This document shows positions 27,512-36,944 of a DNA stretch of 64,000 nucleotides, in pieces (within the stretch, counting starts at the first letter, position 1; every line of letters starts with the position of its first letter). The DNA comes from Candidatus Calditenuaceae archaeon HR02 (lineage in GTDB: Archaea; Thermoproteota; Nitrososphaeria_A; Caldarchaeales; Calditenuaceae). Position numbers and translations under genes: made by a program. The stretch is taken from positions 32,001-96,000 of the forward strand of contig BEHE01000001.1 of the NCBI GenBank assembly GCA_002898395.1, written 5' to 3'. The notes below the pieces were generated by a model. The model searched no databases. It was not told where the DNA came from and worked only from the letters and a program-made list of their open reading frames with translations.

Positions 27512-29056
27512 TTGCCGAGCATCTGCCTTTCATTCGAAGTGCACCAGCCCTATAGACTAAATACTAGGCTGAGAGGGGAGGACTTCTCTAAGATCGGGGC
27601 TGGAGACCTCCCTGAGGCATTCTTCGATAACGCCCTCAACAGGGAGATTTTCCTCAGGGTTGCTAGGAAGTGCTACATACCAGCCAACGATATCATCCTG
27701 AGGGCTATAGATGAAGCTAAGTCTTTGGGGAGGGAGTTTAAGGTTAACTTCAGCGTGTCAGGCGTCTTCCTAGAGCAGGCTGAGAAGTGGGCGCCAGAGG
27801 TCATAGAGCAGTTCAGGATGATGGTTGAGAGCGGGAATGTTGAGTTACTTGAGCAGACGTATTACCATTCTCTCGCCAGCCTGTATGGGGGTGATAGTAA
27901 TGAGTTTAAGGAGCAGGTTGCGATGCATCGTGAGGCGGTCAAATCTCTTTTCGGATATGAGCCAAGGGTCTTTGAGAATACGGAGCTACTCTACAACAAC
28001 TCGGTGGCTAAAGCTGTCTGGGAGATGGGGTATAAGGGAATTATAATAGAAGGCGTGGAGAGGGTTTTGCAGAACCGCTCACCTAACCGCCTCTACATAG
28101 CTGCTGGAACGGGTCTCAAGGTCATGACCAGGAACTATAGGCTCTCAGACGACATAGCCTTCAGATTTTCGGAGAGGTCTTGGCCCGGATACCCCCTCAC
28201 AGCCGAGAAATATGCGGCATGGCTGGCCGCAACTCCAGGAGACTACATATTGATATTCATAGACTATGAGACGTTTGGGGAGCACCACTGGCCTGAGTCG
28301 GGGATACACGACTTTCTGAGACACCTACCCCGCGAGGTTTTGAGACATGAGAACCTGACCTTCAACACAGCGTCAGAGGTCGTAGAGAGGTTTGAGGCCT
28401 CAGACGTCATATCGGTGGGTGAGTTGGAGACAATATCTTGGGCCGATGTGGAGAAGAGCACAGACGCATGGCTCGGCAACGACATGCAGATGACATGCTT
28501 TAACGCTTTGAAGAGGGCGGAGAAGGCTGTTAAGAGGACTGGGTCGCAGAATATACTCCGGGCGTGGAGGACCTTGCAGATAAGCGATCACCTATACTAC
28601 ATGTATTCGAGACGCGGCCCTTCAGGCGTGGTCCACGCATACTTCGGCTACACAGACCAGATGAACATGTACTACGCCATGTTGAGGGCACTATCACACC
28701 TTCAATTCCTAGCCTCGGAGGCGATAGGGGGTTCGGAGGGCGAGGCTGTCAGGCTCCTAAGGGTTGTCCCACCAGACAGAGCCTTCCATTACCACGAAGA
28801 TGGGAGATACATCGGGCTCTCGGCCCACTCACTCTACGAGCTTCTACATACAATCCCTCTGGCGACAAGGGAATCCATACTCTTTCACATGGCTTGTAAG
28901 CATTTGGAGAGGTGGGTGAGATGGACGATTGGAGACGGGGCGCTGGCAGACAGAGTTAGGGAGATCGAGGCAGACACGAGCGAGGAGTTGGTCGAAAGGC
29001 TGACTAGGATTATAAAGGAGAGGATTAGTGAGCTAGAGTCCCGCATAGCAGCCTAG
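27512..29056 (+). CDS. GH57 alpha-amylase-like glycoside hydrolase with a C-terminal DUF5752-like extension
   Basis: FEVHQPYRL, TYYHSL, NTEL, SDDIAFRFS, DYETFGEH and SWAD. Confidence 0.92.
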   Translation: MPSICLSFEVHQPYRLNTRLRGEDFSKIGAGDLPEAFFDNALNREIFLRVARKCYIPANDIILRAIDEAKSLGREFKVNFSVSGVFLEQAEKWAPEVIEQFRMMVESGNVELLEQTYYHSLASLYGGDSNEFKEQVAMHREAVKSLFGYEPRVFENTELLYNNSVAKAVWEMGYKGIIIEGVERVLQNRSPNRLYIAAGTGLKVMTRNYRLSDDIAFRFSERSWPGYPLTAEKYAAWLAATPGDYILIFIDYETFGEHHWPESGIHDFLRHLPREVLRHENLTFNTASEVVERFEASDVISVGELETISWADVEKSTDAWLGNDMQMTCFNALKRAEKAVKRTGSQNILRAWRTLQISDHLYYMYSRRGPSGVVHAYFGYTDQMNMYYAMLRALSHLQFLASEAIGGSEGEAVRLLRVVPPDRAFHYHEDGRYIGLSAHSLYELLHTIPLATRESILFHMACKHLERWVRWTIGDGALADRVREIEADTSEELVERLTRIIKERISELESRIAA

Positions 29057-30648
29057 GATTCGATGTCTCTAAGCCAGTTCCTCGAACGGGACACGGCCGC
29101 CCTCCAGGCCCTCAACCCCCTCACCCTCCGCTCAGCTGACCAGCGCGGGCGGAATACAGCTGAGGCACGCCACATCCCTCTCAACTCCTCTACATCCCGC
29201 CAGACACCCGCTGCGAGACCTGCTGCATAGGCAGCCCCAAGCGAAGTGGTCTCGGTAAACTCCGGCCTAACGACCTCACATCCTAAAACGTCTGCCTGCA
29301 ACTGCATCAGCACGTCGTTCATAGATGCGCCCCCGTCAACGCGAAGCACCGACAACTTCACCCCAGTGTCCCTGTAAATCGATTCGACAACGTCGTAGGT
29401 CTGCCAGCAGATGCTCTCGAGGGCCGCATAGACAATGTGCTCCCTCCTCGAGTATGCTGATAAGCCTATTATTAGCCCCCGAGCAGAGGGGTCCCAGTAG
29501 GGTGCGAAGAGGCCACTGAATGCTGGAACAAAATACACGCCTGCTGACCCCTCATCCCCAGCCCTAGCAGCGACCTCACCGCTCTCCCTCGGAGAGCTTA
29601 TAAGCCCAATATTCTCCGACAGCCACTTGAGTAGTGAGCCGGCAATAGCTATCGATCCCTCCATAGCATAGACAGCCCTGCCCCTCTCCATGCTGTAAGC
29701 CACGGTTGTCAGAAGCCCATGCTGTGAAAGAACCGGCCTCTCTCCTATATTCTGTAGCAGAAAGCATCCTGTACCATACGTGTTCTTCGCATCTCCTACA
29801 GAGTAACATGTCTGGCCGAATAGGGCTGCCTGCTGGTCGCCGAGGTCTCCACACACTGGGACCACACCATCAACCATCCCCCACAGATCTGTATATCCGT
29901 AACAATCCCTCGAGATACTTGGGAGGGGCTGGGGCATGATCTCGGCCGGTATCCCAAAGAGCTTTAGCAGCTCCTCAGACCATTCCAGCTTCTCGATGTC
30001 GAAAAGCATGGTTCTAGAGGCGTTTGTATAGTCAGTGACATGGACCCCACCCCTATTTTCCCCGACACCCCTGGTCAGATTCCAGATCAGCCAGGTGTCC
30101 ATTGTCCCGAAGGCTAGCTCTCCTGTCTTGGCTAGCTCAGCAGCCTTTGGGACGTTCTTGAGTATCCACTCTATCTTCGTTGCGGAGAAATAGGTTGATG
30201 CGTAGAGGCCTGTGAGCCTGTGGATTGGGTCCGTCTCCAGCCCCTCCGCCCTAAGTTGGTCACACCGCTCCCTTGTCCTCGTATCCTGCCATACGATTGC
30301 GTTGTAGACTGGCATCCCCGTCCTCCTATTCCATATAACCGTAGTCTCCCGCTGGTTTGTCACACCCACTGCGACGACGCTCCTCTTTCCCGCGGGCAGA
30401 CCCCTCAGCGCCTCTCCCACCACGTATTTCGTCGCCTCTAGTATCTCCACCGGGTTGTGCTCAACCCACCCTGGCCTCGGATAGATGTTAGTATGCTCCT
30501 TATACGCCCAAGAAAGTGGCCGCCCAGCTTCATCAGCTACCAGACACCTAGTACCGGTCGTTCCCTGATCAATGGAGACAATGTACCTCAAGTCCAGAAC
30601 CCCATGTGAGGAGTGCGGTAATATCCTTTGCGGACAGCACACTGACAC
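29053..30648 (-). CDS. glpK: Glycerol kinase
   Basis: IDQGTTGTR, TNQRETT, TDYTNASRT, GDQQAALFG, KNTYGTG and FSGLFAPYW; the true start may be TTG at 30591. Confidence 0.96.
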   Translation of the reverse strand: MSVCCPQRILPHSSHGVLDLRYIVSIDQGTTGTRCLVADEAGRPLSWAYKEHTNIYPRPGWVEHNPVEILEATKYVVGEALRGLPAGKRSVVAVGVTNQRETTVIWNRRTGMPVYNAIVWQDTRTRERCDQLRAEGLETDPIHRLTGLYASTYFSATKIEWILKNVPKAAELAKTGELAFGTMDTWLIWNLTRGVGENRGGVHVTDYTNASRTMLFDIEKLEWSEELLKLFGIPAEIMPQPLPSISRDCYGYTDLWGMVDGVVPVCGDLGDQQAALFGQTCYSVGDAKNTYGTGCFLLQNIGERPVLSQHGLLTTVAYSMERGRAVYAMEGSIAIAGSLLKWLSENIGLISSPRESGEVAARAGDEGSAGVYFVPAFSGLFAPYWDPSARGLIIGLSAYSRREHIVYAALESICWQTYDVVESIYRDTGVKLSVLRVDGGASMNDVLMQLQADVLGCEVVRPEFTETTSLGAAYAAGLAAGVWRDVEELRGMWRASAVFRPRWSAERRVRGLRAWRAAVSRSRNWLRDIES

Positions 30649-30752
30649 TCCTCCTTATGCAACTATCCATAAAGGGTCTTCCAAAAGTGCTTTAACCACT
30701 GTGGGGATACTGGTGAACTATTTTATCCACGTATCAATGCGTTGGGGTAGGC

Positions 30753-31325
30753 TTGAAGGTTAGGTGTAAACATTGTGGCAGAGAGTTTTCCTCGGAAACA
30801 GCTCTCAAGAGGCACATCAAGGACCTCCACAAATCATACTACTATGCGCCGAGAATAATCTTAGCAGTAGCTGTCGCCTTATTGCTAGTGGCCGCTGGAG
30901 CCTTTCTACTTACGAGGCAAGGGCTGGGGGCCCCTATCTCAGGCATTGAGTGCCATAGCGGAGAGGCGGTGAGCTATCATGTCCACACACTGCTCGAGAT
31001 ATATTTGAAGGGTGAGAAGGTTAAGATCCCCGCCAATATTGGGATTATACCCGGCCACTGCATGTACTGGCTCCACACACATGACGAGACAGGACTAATA
31101 CATGTCGAGGCTCCCCGACAGATGAAGTTTACACTTGGTCAGTTCTTTGACGTCTGGGGGCAACAGCTATCAAGCGATAATGTACTTGGAATAGACCTAG
31201 CGTCCTCCAATCTAGAAATGAGAATGTACGTCGATGGTGAAAGATATTTGGGAGACCCACGCGAGATTGAATTAGTTGATAATAGGCTCATAATCCTGGA
31301 TATTGGACCACCATTCGCTAAATAG
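30753..31325 (+). CDS. C2H2 zinc finger + TM helix + His-rich extracytoplasmic domain protein
   Basis: CKHCGREFSSETALKRHIKDLH, then a hydrophobic helix, then YHVH and WLHTHDETGLIHVE. Confidence 0.75.
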   Translation: MKVRCKHCGREFSSETALKRHIKDLHKSYYYAPRIILAVAVALLLVAAGAFLLTRQGLGAPISGIECHSGEAVSYHVHTLLEIYLKGEKVKIPANIGIIPGHCMYWLHTHDETGLIHVEAPRQMKFTLGQFFDVWGQQLSSDNVLGIDLASSNLEMRMYVDGERYLGDPREIELVDNRLIILDIGPPFAK

Positions 31326-31402
31326 ACCTATACTTACGCCGCCCTCCGCCGCATCTGTGAATAATGGGGGCGACAATTCGTTAAAGAGGCAGCTTATGGA
31401 GA

Positions 31403-31930
31403 ATGTTGACGATGCTGAGCCTGCTGGTGGCGGTAATCTATGTACTCCCCGCATATATCGCCAACGGGACACCAGTAGTTGTTCTAAGATTCGCTGGACG
31501 CGGTCATCCCCTCGATATGAGGATGGTCATGCGGGATGGTAGGAGGCTATTAGGCGATGGCAAGACTGTAGAGGGACTGGTCTCTGGCCTATCTGCAGGC
31601 CTAGCTGCAGCTGTTCTGCTCTACACATTTTTGCCTGGAGTCTATAGGGGTATCCTCGAGTGTGGGCTAATGCCAATAGGCGCGATGGCAGGCGACATAC
31701 TGGGGTCCTTCCTCAAGAGGAGGCTAGGGATTGAGCGGGGCGGGAGTGCACCAGTCCTTGACCAGCTCGGCTTTCTGCTGATGGCGCTGCTACTTGCGTG
31801 GCTACCCTACGGGCCACCCGGCTGGTTGGATCCACTTGCATTCCTCCTACTCCTCTTAGTCACTGCCCTCCTCCACGTCTCCACCAACGTCCTAGCTTAT
31901 CTTGCGGGACTGAAAGAGAAATGGTACTGA
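31403..31930 (+). CDS. carS: CDP-archaeol synthase
   Basis: PAYIAN, PLD, DGRRLLGDGKT, GDILGSFLKRR and LDQL. Confidence 0.93.
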   Translation: MLTMLSLLVAVIYVLPAYIANGTPVVVLRFAGRGHPLDMRMVMRDGRRLLGDGKTVEGLVSGLSAGLAAAVLLYTFLPGVYRGILECGLMPIGAMAGDILGSFLKRRLGIERGGSAPVLDQLGFLLMALLLAWLPYGPPGWLDPLAFLLLLLVTALLHVSTNVLAYLAGLKEKWY

Positions 31931-31976
31931 GAATCATAACCAGTATATAGTAGCAGGTTCCCGGATACTAGATTAG

Positions 31977-32342
31977 ATGAGAAGATACAGGATCAAGGTG
32001 AGGGCTATCTGCGGACCCACCGAGTCAGAATTGAAAGTTAGGAAGGCGATACTCAATGTCCTCTCGCTGGAGCATGAGCCACGGTTCGAGGTACACCGGC
32101 TGACAGGGATATTCGGTGAGCCGCTCACCATCTTAGAGACAGGTGTCTCAGAGGATGAGGCGGAACGCGCGGCGCGACGCCTCATAGAAAGCCTCTCGAG
32201 GGACTATATCTCTGAGAGGGTTGAAAGCAGTGGATCGACGGAGACAATACACCTAAGGCTGAACAAGCAGCTCGCATATCTCGGAATAATCCAGCCCTCG
32301 GAAGCTGACGCCATAAAGGTAGAGATAATCGCGCAAGGATGA
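31977..32342 (+). CDS. RNA-binding protein of the exosome/RNase P neighbourhood (COG1325-like)
   Basis: TES..KV..AI, G.FG.P and HLRLNKQ.AY; lies upstream of rnp3. Confidence 0.75.
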   Translation: MRRYRIKVRAICGPTESELKVRKAILNVLSLEHEPRFEVHRLTGIFGEPLTILETGVSEDEAERAARRLIESLSRDYISERVESSGSTETIHLRLNKQLAYLGIIQPSEADAIKVEIIAQG

Positions 32343-32362
32343 AAACTCAGCGGTGCTGACTC

Positions 32363-33064
32363 TTGGCTAGGAGGTTCGTGGATGCTTGGCTTAGGCCGGG
32401 GAGCCGGAACACCCTAGAGGTTATGTTAAGGTCTTGCCACGAGCTGGGCTACTGGGGTGTAGCCGTCGAGCTAGATGATAATTCTTGGGGAGAGGTTAAG
32501 AGGATAGCAAGTGTATATGGCCTGGAGGTCTTTCGCAGAGTCACGTTCGAAGTGGGGTCGAAGGAAGAATTGTATAGGAGGTTGAGGGCTGATCGCTGGA
32601 GATACGACTTAGTCTCCGTCGCGACCCGTGATAGGGATGTTTTGATGGCTGCGGTTAGGGATATGAGGGTGGACACTGTTGTTGTCAGCGACCCCAGCTC
32701 GCCCCCAATCGATAGGCACATTGTCCAGGTAGTCGGCAATTCTCTGGAGCTGGCCCTATTCGACCTGCTGAAAGGCGGTTACGAAGCTTTGCGAACGGCT
32801 ACCAGGATTGTGAGGACGGTCTATAGGAAGGGACTCAAGCTCGTAGTCTCTTCAGGCGCTAGGGACGAGTATGGGCTTAGGTCTCCGAGACAGATTGCCT
32901 CGGTGGCATGGTCTCTTGGCTCCGCCCCCGATTATGCCCTCAACACCGTCTCAATTTTCCCTTCAGAGATGTTGTTAGAGAATCGTGGGCGGCTAGAGGG
33001 TCGTATCAGTGTGGAGGGTGTGTGGAGGGTTGCCAAGGGTGAAGAAGAGGTATCTAATGGTTAG
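32363..33064 (+). CDS. rnp3: RNase P protein Rpp30
   Basis: D.RVD and VVSSGA.....LRSPRQ. Confidence 0.85.
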   Translation: MARRFVDAWLRPGSRNTLEVMLRSCHELGYWGVAVELDDNSWGEVKRIASVYGLEVFRRVTFEVGSKEELYRRLRADRWRYDLVSVATRDRDVLMAAVRDMRVDTVVVSDPSSPPIDRHIVQVVGNSLELALFDLLKGGYEALRTATRIVRTVYRKGLKLVVSSGARDEYGLRSPRQIASVAWSLGSAPDYALNTVSIFPSEMLLENRGRLEGRISVEGVWRVAKGEEEVSNG

Positions 33065-33365
33065 GGTTGTTCCGCCTAGCGTCCAGGTGACGCCCGAGGA
33101 GCTTAGACAGACAGTTGCGAGAGAGCTCGAGAGGCTTGGCGGATGGCTTGCTCTAGCGGAGGCGGGAATCTCTGTCAGAAGAGCTGGAAAGGCAGCAGAC
33201 GAGTTTATGCTTAGATGCAGTTTAAAGTCTGTCCCCCTAGTCCTCCTCGCACTAACTATGGTTCAGGGTCTCAAGGAGGAGCGTGTTAGGTTAGATGTGA
33301 CAGGGATGAGCGGAACGATAAAGGGTCTAAGGAGATTTTCCAAGAGCTTGGAGGACTATTCCTGA
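33030..33365 (+). CDS. rnp2: RNase P protein Pop5/Rpp14
   Basis: KKRYL and SGTIKGL; likely TTG at 33030. Confidence 0.85.
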   Translation: MPRVKKRYLMVRVVPPSVQVTPEELRQTVARELERLGGWLALAEAGISVRRAGKAADEFMLRCSLKSVPLVLLALTMVQGLKEERVRLDVTGMSGTIKGLRRFSKSLEDYS

Positions 33366-34255
33366 CTTTTACCACACTTTGGACAGAATATGGCGCCTTC
33401 AGACATTGCTGCGCCGCAGAACTTGCATCGGGGAGCGGAGTAGACCCCTGCCTCACGCCTCTTCTCGATCCTCTTAGCTATCAGTAGAGAGACCTCCATC
33501 ATCACGACCAATGGAAGGAAAAGGACGGTATTCCCGACCAGCCAGCCGTCAGGCGTTATAAACGCTATGATTATGTAGAGTATGCCGTAAAAATAGACCC
33601 TGTTTCTTGAGAGTATGCTTGAGCTGAGTATGCCTAGTCGCACGAGTAATACGAAGATTGCAGGGGCAGTGAATAGTAGGCCCATAGAGCCGACCGTGGA
33701 GAAGACGAACATGTAGTAGTCACCAGCCTCTATCAGCCGCAGCTCGGGGGAGATGCCGATGATATCGGCAAATATGGCCATGAACCTGATGATGAGTGGG
33801 ACGACTATAAAATAGCTGAAGAGCGAGCCCATCGCGAATAGGCCGATAAAAGCTGTGAGAAACGGCCATACGAGCCTTCTTTCCTGGGGATATAGCGCGG
33901 GGTTGACATAGGCGTAAATCTCGTAGCCTATTACGGGGATAACCGTGATGAATGCCACTAGGGCTGCGGCTATGAAGTATATCTCGAGAGGTGAGACGAG
34001 ACGTCCAGGAATTATCCTAAAATATCCACCAGCCAGCGATACCGTGTACTCCAAGACAAAGCTGATTGCAGGCTTGTACTCGCCCGTCAGAAGTGTGCTA
34101 ATTCCTGAGAGCGAGATGTTTGAGGGAAATGCAAGCCAGAAGATAAGGGCAACAACATAGCTTATAGCGACCATCTTAAGCCGATCCCTAAGCTCTAGTA
34201 GATGCTCCGTGAATGTCATCTCGTTTGGGTTCTTCCTTTCCTTCTTCCTACCCAT
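33356..34255 (-). CDS. tatC: Twin-arginine translocase TatC with a C-terminal zinc ribbon
   Basis: MTFTEHLLELRDRL, PALYPQE and AFITPD; tail CKFC-x10-CPKC. Confidence 0.93.
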   Translation of the reverse strand: MGRKKERKNPNEMTFTEHLLELRDRLKMVAISYVVALIFWLAFPSNISLSGISTLLTGEYKPAISFVLEYTVSLAGGYFRIIPGRLVSPLEIYFIAAALVAFITVIPVIGYEIYAYVNPALYPQERRLVWPFLTAFIGLFAMGSLFSYFIVVPLIIRFMAIFADIIGISPELRLIEAGDYYMFVFSTVGSMGLLFTAPAIFVLLVRLGILSSSILSRNRVYFYGILYIIIAFITPDGWLVGNTVLFLPLVVMMEVSLLIAKRIEKRREAGVYSAPRCKFCGAAMSEGAIFCPKCGKSQE

Positions 34256-34319
34256 TCCAATAGCCTAATGCTATCTGGGGCACGATGGATATAAATTAGT
34301 CGCGGTCTACGAGTATATA

Positions 34320-34793
34320 TTGATGGATGCTGCACGACGCCTCTTCCAATCCAACATAATGGCAGCTGCCGCGGTCATCATAATGAATGTAATCGGGAGC
34401 TACGTCTCTGCCATAGGAGCTGGGATGGTTTGCCCAGACTGGCCTTTATGCCCATTCCCAGCTGACTACCATGTATTGATAGAGTTTCTCCACCGTGTCT
34501 GGGCGCTTGTCGTAGTCGCCACGATCACCCTGTCGGTTTTGAGGGCTAGGCGTGTTAACGCTGTGAAGGAGCTGAGAGTCGCCAAGATTCTGGTATACAC
34601 GAGCCTCGCGGTGGTGATGGTTCAAGTAGGCCTAGGTGCGATTGTTATCTTCACCGCCTTACTGCCTGAGCTAGTAGCTCTACACCAGCTACTAGCCCAG
34701 ATAATACTCTCATTACAGATGGCTGCGGCGGGGATTAGTTGGGCTGCAACTACCAAGCATATTGAGAAAGAGCAGATAACAGCGAAGAGCTGA
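34320..34793 (+). CDS. ctaA: Heme A synthase, short single-module CtaA/COX15
   Basis: GAGMVCPDWPLC, EFLHR, QVGLG and VALH. Confidence 0.82.
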   Translation: MMDAARRLFQSNIMAAAAVIIMNVIGSYVSAIGAGMVCPDWPLCPFPADYHVLIEFLHRVWALVVVATITLSVLRARRVNAVKELRVAKILVYTSLAVVMVQVGLGAIVIFTALLPELVALHQLLAQIILSLQMAAAGISWAATTKHIEKEQITAKS

Positions 34794-34800
34794 GCCGGAA

Positions 34801-34956
34801 CTATTCTTTCTCCCCAGCCTCTTTCTCGCCCTTCTTCATCTCCCTGCGGAGCTCGCCGAGGCTTCTCGCAAATTTGAGAATAGTATCGGGCTTAAAGAAG
34901 ATTATCAATAGGAAAATGACGACAACTATTAGGAATGCTTCGAGCGGCGATATCAT
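34801..34956 (-). CDS. tatA: TatA/E-family subunit (51 aa), not in the ORF track
   Basis: Manual translation MISPLEAFLIVVVIFLLIIFFKPDTILKFARSLGELRREMKKGEKEAGEKE*; starts just after the stop of the upstream tatA. Confidence 0.8.
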   Translation of the reverse strand: MISPLEAFLIVVVIFLLIIFFKPDTILKFARSLGELRREMKKGEKEAGEKE

Positions 34957-34958
34957 GC

Positions 34959-35261
34959 CTAGCCGGCCGCCAGCTTAGCTTTTATCTCTTGGACCAAGTC
35001 TTCCCGGCTCTTACCCTCTGTCGAGATACCTAGAGTCTTGGCCACCTCAAGCAACTTCTCGTCGGAGAGGGATCCTACCTCACCAGCATGCACTGTTTTT
35101 CCATGTTCCTCCGAGGATGTCGCCTCTTTACTGGCCTTTTCGAATTCCCTCTTCGCCTGCCCGAATGCTCTCGCTATCTTCGGAAGCCTCTCGGGGCCCC
35201 AAAGGAATAAGACTAGAAGAACCGCGACGACGATTAACCATTCAAAACCCTGAAATGCCAA
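34959..35261 (-). CDS. tatA: TatA/B-family subunit
   Basis: EWLIV...LWGPERLPKIARAFGQAKREFEK; likely TTG at 35261. Confidence 0.9.
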   Translation of the reverse strand: MAFQGFEWLIVVAVLLVLFLWGPERLPKIARAFGQAKREFEKASKEATSSEEHGKTVHAGEVGSLSDEKLLEVAKTLGISTEGKSREDLVQEIKAKLAAG

Positions 35262-35310
35262 GCCTACTTCACACCTAGTCTTCAAACCCCATATTTAAGT
35301 GTTCGTGAAT

Positions 35311-35772
35311 TCACTCAGTTATCCACGCATAAGAACCATCTGCGTAGACCTCTTTTTTGAAGAGCGCGGGCTCCTTCTTGTATCTCTCTACGGCTTCGCG
35401 GAGGGCGTTGAAGGCTGCGGCTCTCTGTCTGGCCGCGACGGCTACCAGCACCACAGGATCGCCTGGATTGAATCTACCTTGCAGATGCCAGATGCCGACG
35501 TATGATGCGCCATGTTTCTCAGCGACCTCGCGGCATATCTTGTTAATCTCTAGATTTGCATTCTCCTCATAAGCCTCTATCTCGAGATACTTGACCTCTC
35601 TTCCGGTCCTGCCTTCACGCCTTGCTACGCCTAGGAAAATAGCGACTGCGCCAGCGCTGCCCGACTTGTAAATGTGTGACAAATTTGATAGAAGTTCACC
35701 TATCCTAAGCTTGCATTCATCATAGACTCCAGGGCGAGGCAATTCCTTCACCCCAGCCTCCTCCAGACTCAA
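35311..35772 (-). CDS. moaE: Molybdopterin synthase catalytic subunit
   Basis: GAVAIFLGVAR, LEIEAY and PALFKKE. Confidence 0.9.
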   Translation of the reverse strand: MSLEEAGVKELPRPGVYDECKLRIGELLSNLSHIYKSGSAGAVAIFLGVARREGRTGREVKYLEIEAYEENANLEINKICREVAEKHGASYVGIWHLQGRFNPGDPVVLVAVAARQRAAAFNALREAVERYKKEPALFKKEVYADGSYAWITE

Positions 35773-36836
35773 TGCGCCCCCCTCTTGACCGCCAAGACAC
35801 TTAATGCCGCGGCTACACGTCTCGCTAAGCTTCTGAAGCTCTCAGCAGCCTCAGATGCTGGTTGTGAGACTATAATTGGGACACCCTCGTCGCTATTTTC
35901 GCGGAGTATGGGCATTAGCGGTATCTCGGCCAAAAGGGGGACACCTATCTTTTCCGCCGACCGAGCCCCTCCGCCCCTGCCGAAGATGAACTCTCTCCGC
36001 CCACAGCCCGGGCATACATAATAAGACATGTTCTCGACAATTCCGAGAATCTCGACCCCCAGTTTCTGGAACATTCTGAGGGCTTTGATAGCTATGTCAA
36101 GGGAGGCTTGCTGGGGGGTTGTAACTATTATGGCCCCTGTTATGGGTATCGTTTGGGCGAGCGTTAGGGGTGCGTCACCGGTGCCAGGTGGCAGGTCTAC
36201 GACAAGGTAATCTAGTTCACCCCAGTCGACTTCTAACAGCATCTGCCTCACAGCACCACCCACAAGCGGGCCCCTCCAGATGATAGGCGTGTCGTCAGTG
36301 ACAACTAAGCCCATAGACATTATCTTTAAGCCGAGAGGCCCTTCAGCAGGTGAGAGCTTCCCTTTCCCCTTGGCCTCAAACCGGTATGATCTTATAAATC
36401 GCGTGAGACTCGAGCCATATACGTCGGCGTCTAGGATTCCAACGGAGGCTCCTGTCTCTGAGAGGGCCACGGCTAGGTTGGCGGCTATGGTTGTTTTTCC
36501 CACACCACCCTTCCCGCTACCAACTGCGACGACGTTCTTTATCCCGGGAATTTCTATCGGTATAGGCTGCCCACCCCAACCCCTTCTAACCCTAGCAGTA
36601 ACCTTCATGCTTACAGATTTGACGCCTGGTAGCCTCTCTACAACGCTCCTTGCCATCTGCTCTATTTGGGAGTTGTAGGGGCAGGCGGGCGTCGTTAGCT
36701 CAAGCGTAAAAGACACGTCACCATCCATTACCTTCAACTCCTTTATCATCCCCATACTCACTATATCCATGCCGAGTTCAGGGTCCCGCACGCCCCTTAA
36801 AGCCTCTAAGACTTCCCTTTCAGTCGGGCGCGTCAA
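35769..36836 (-). CDS. Mrp/NBP35 Fe-S cluster carrier ATPase with an N-terminal DUF59 domain
   Basis: DPELGMDIV, TTPACP, GKGGVGKT, DLPPGTGD and ENMSYYVCPGCG; likely TTG at 36836 or 36839. Confidence 0.93.
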   Translation of the reverse strand: MTRPTEREVLEALRGVRDPELGMDIVSMGMIKELKVMDGDVSFTLELTTPACPYNSQIEQMARSVVERLPGVKSVSMKVTARVRRGWGGQPIPIEIPGIKNVVAVGSGKGGVGKTTIAANLAVALSETGASVGILDADVYGSSLTRFIRSYRFEAKGKGKLSPAEGPLGLKIMSMGLVVTDDTPIIWRGPLVGGAVRQMLLEVDWGELDYLVVDLPPGTGDAPLTLAQTIPITGAIIVTTPQQASLDIAIKALRMFQKLGVEILGIVENMSYYVCPGCGRREFIFGRGGGARSAEKIGVPLLAEIPLMPILRENSDEGVPIIVSQPASEAAESFRSLARRVAAALSVLAVKRGAH

Positions 36837-36944
36837 CAAGATAGAATCTAGCAGTCTAACTAAAAAAGAAATTTCACGAATCCGCTTATGAGAGTTTGTA
36901 CAAACGGTATATAAGGGGGGATACATGGGATATGCGTTTGAATA

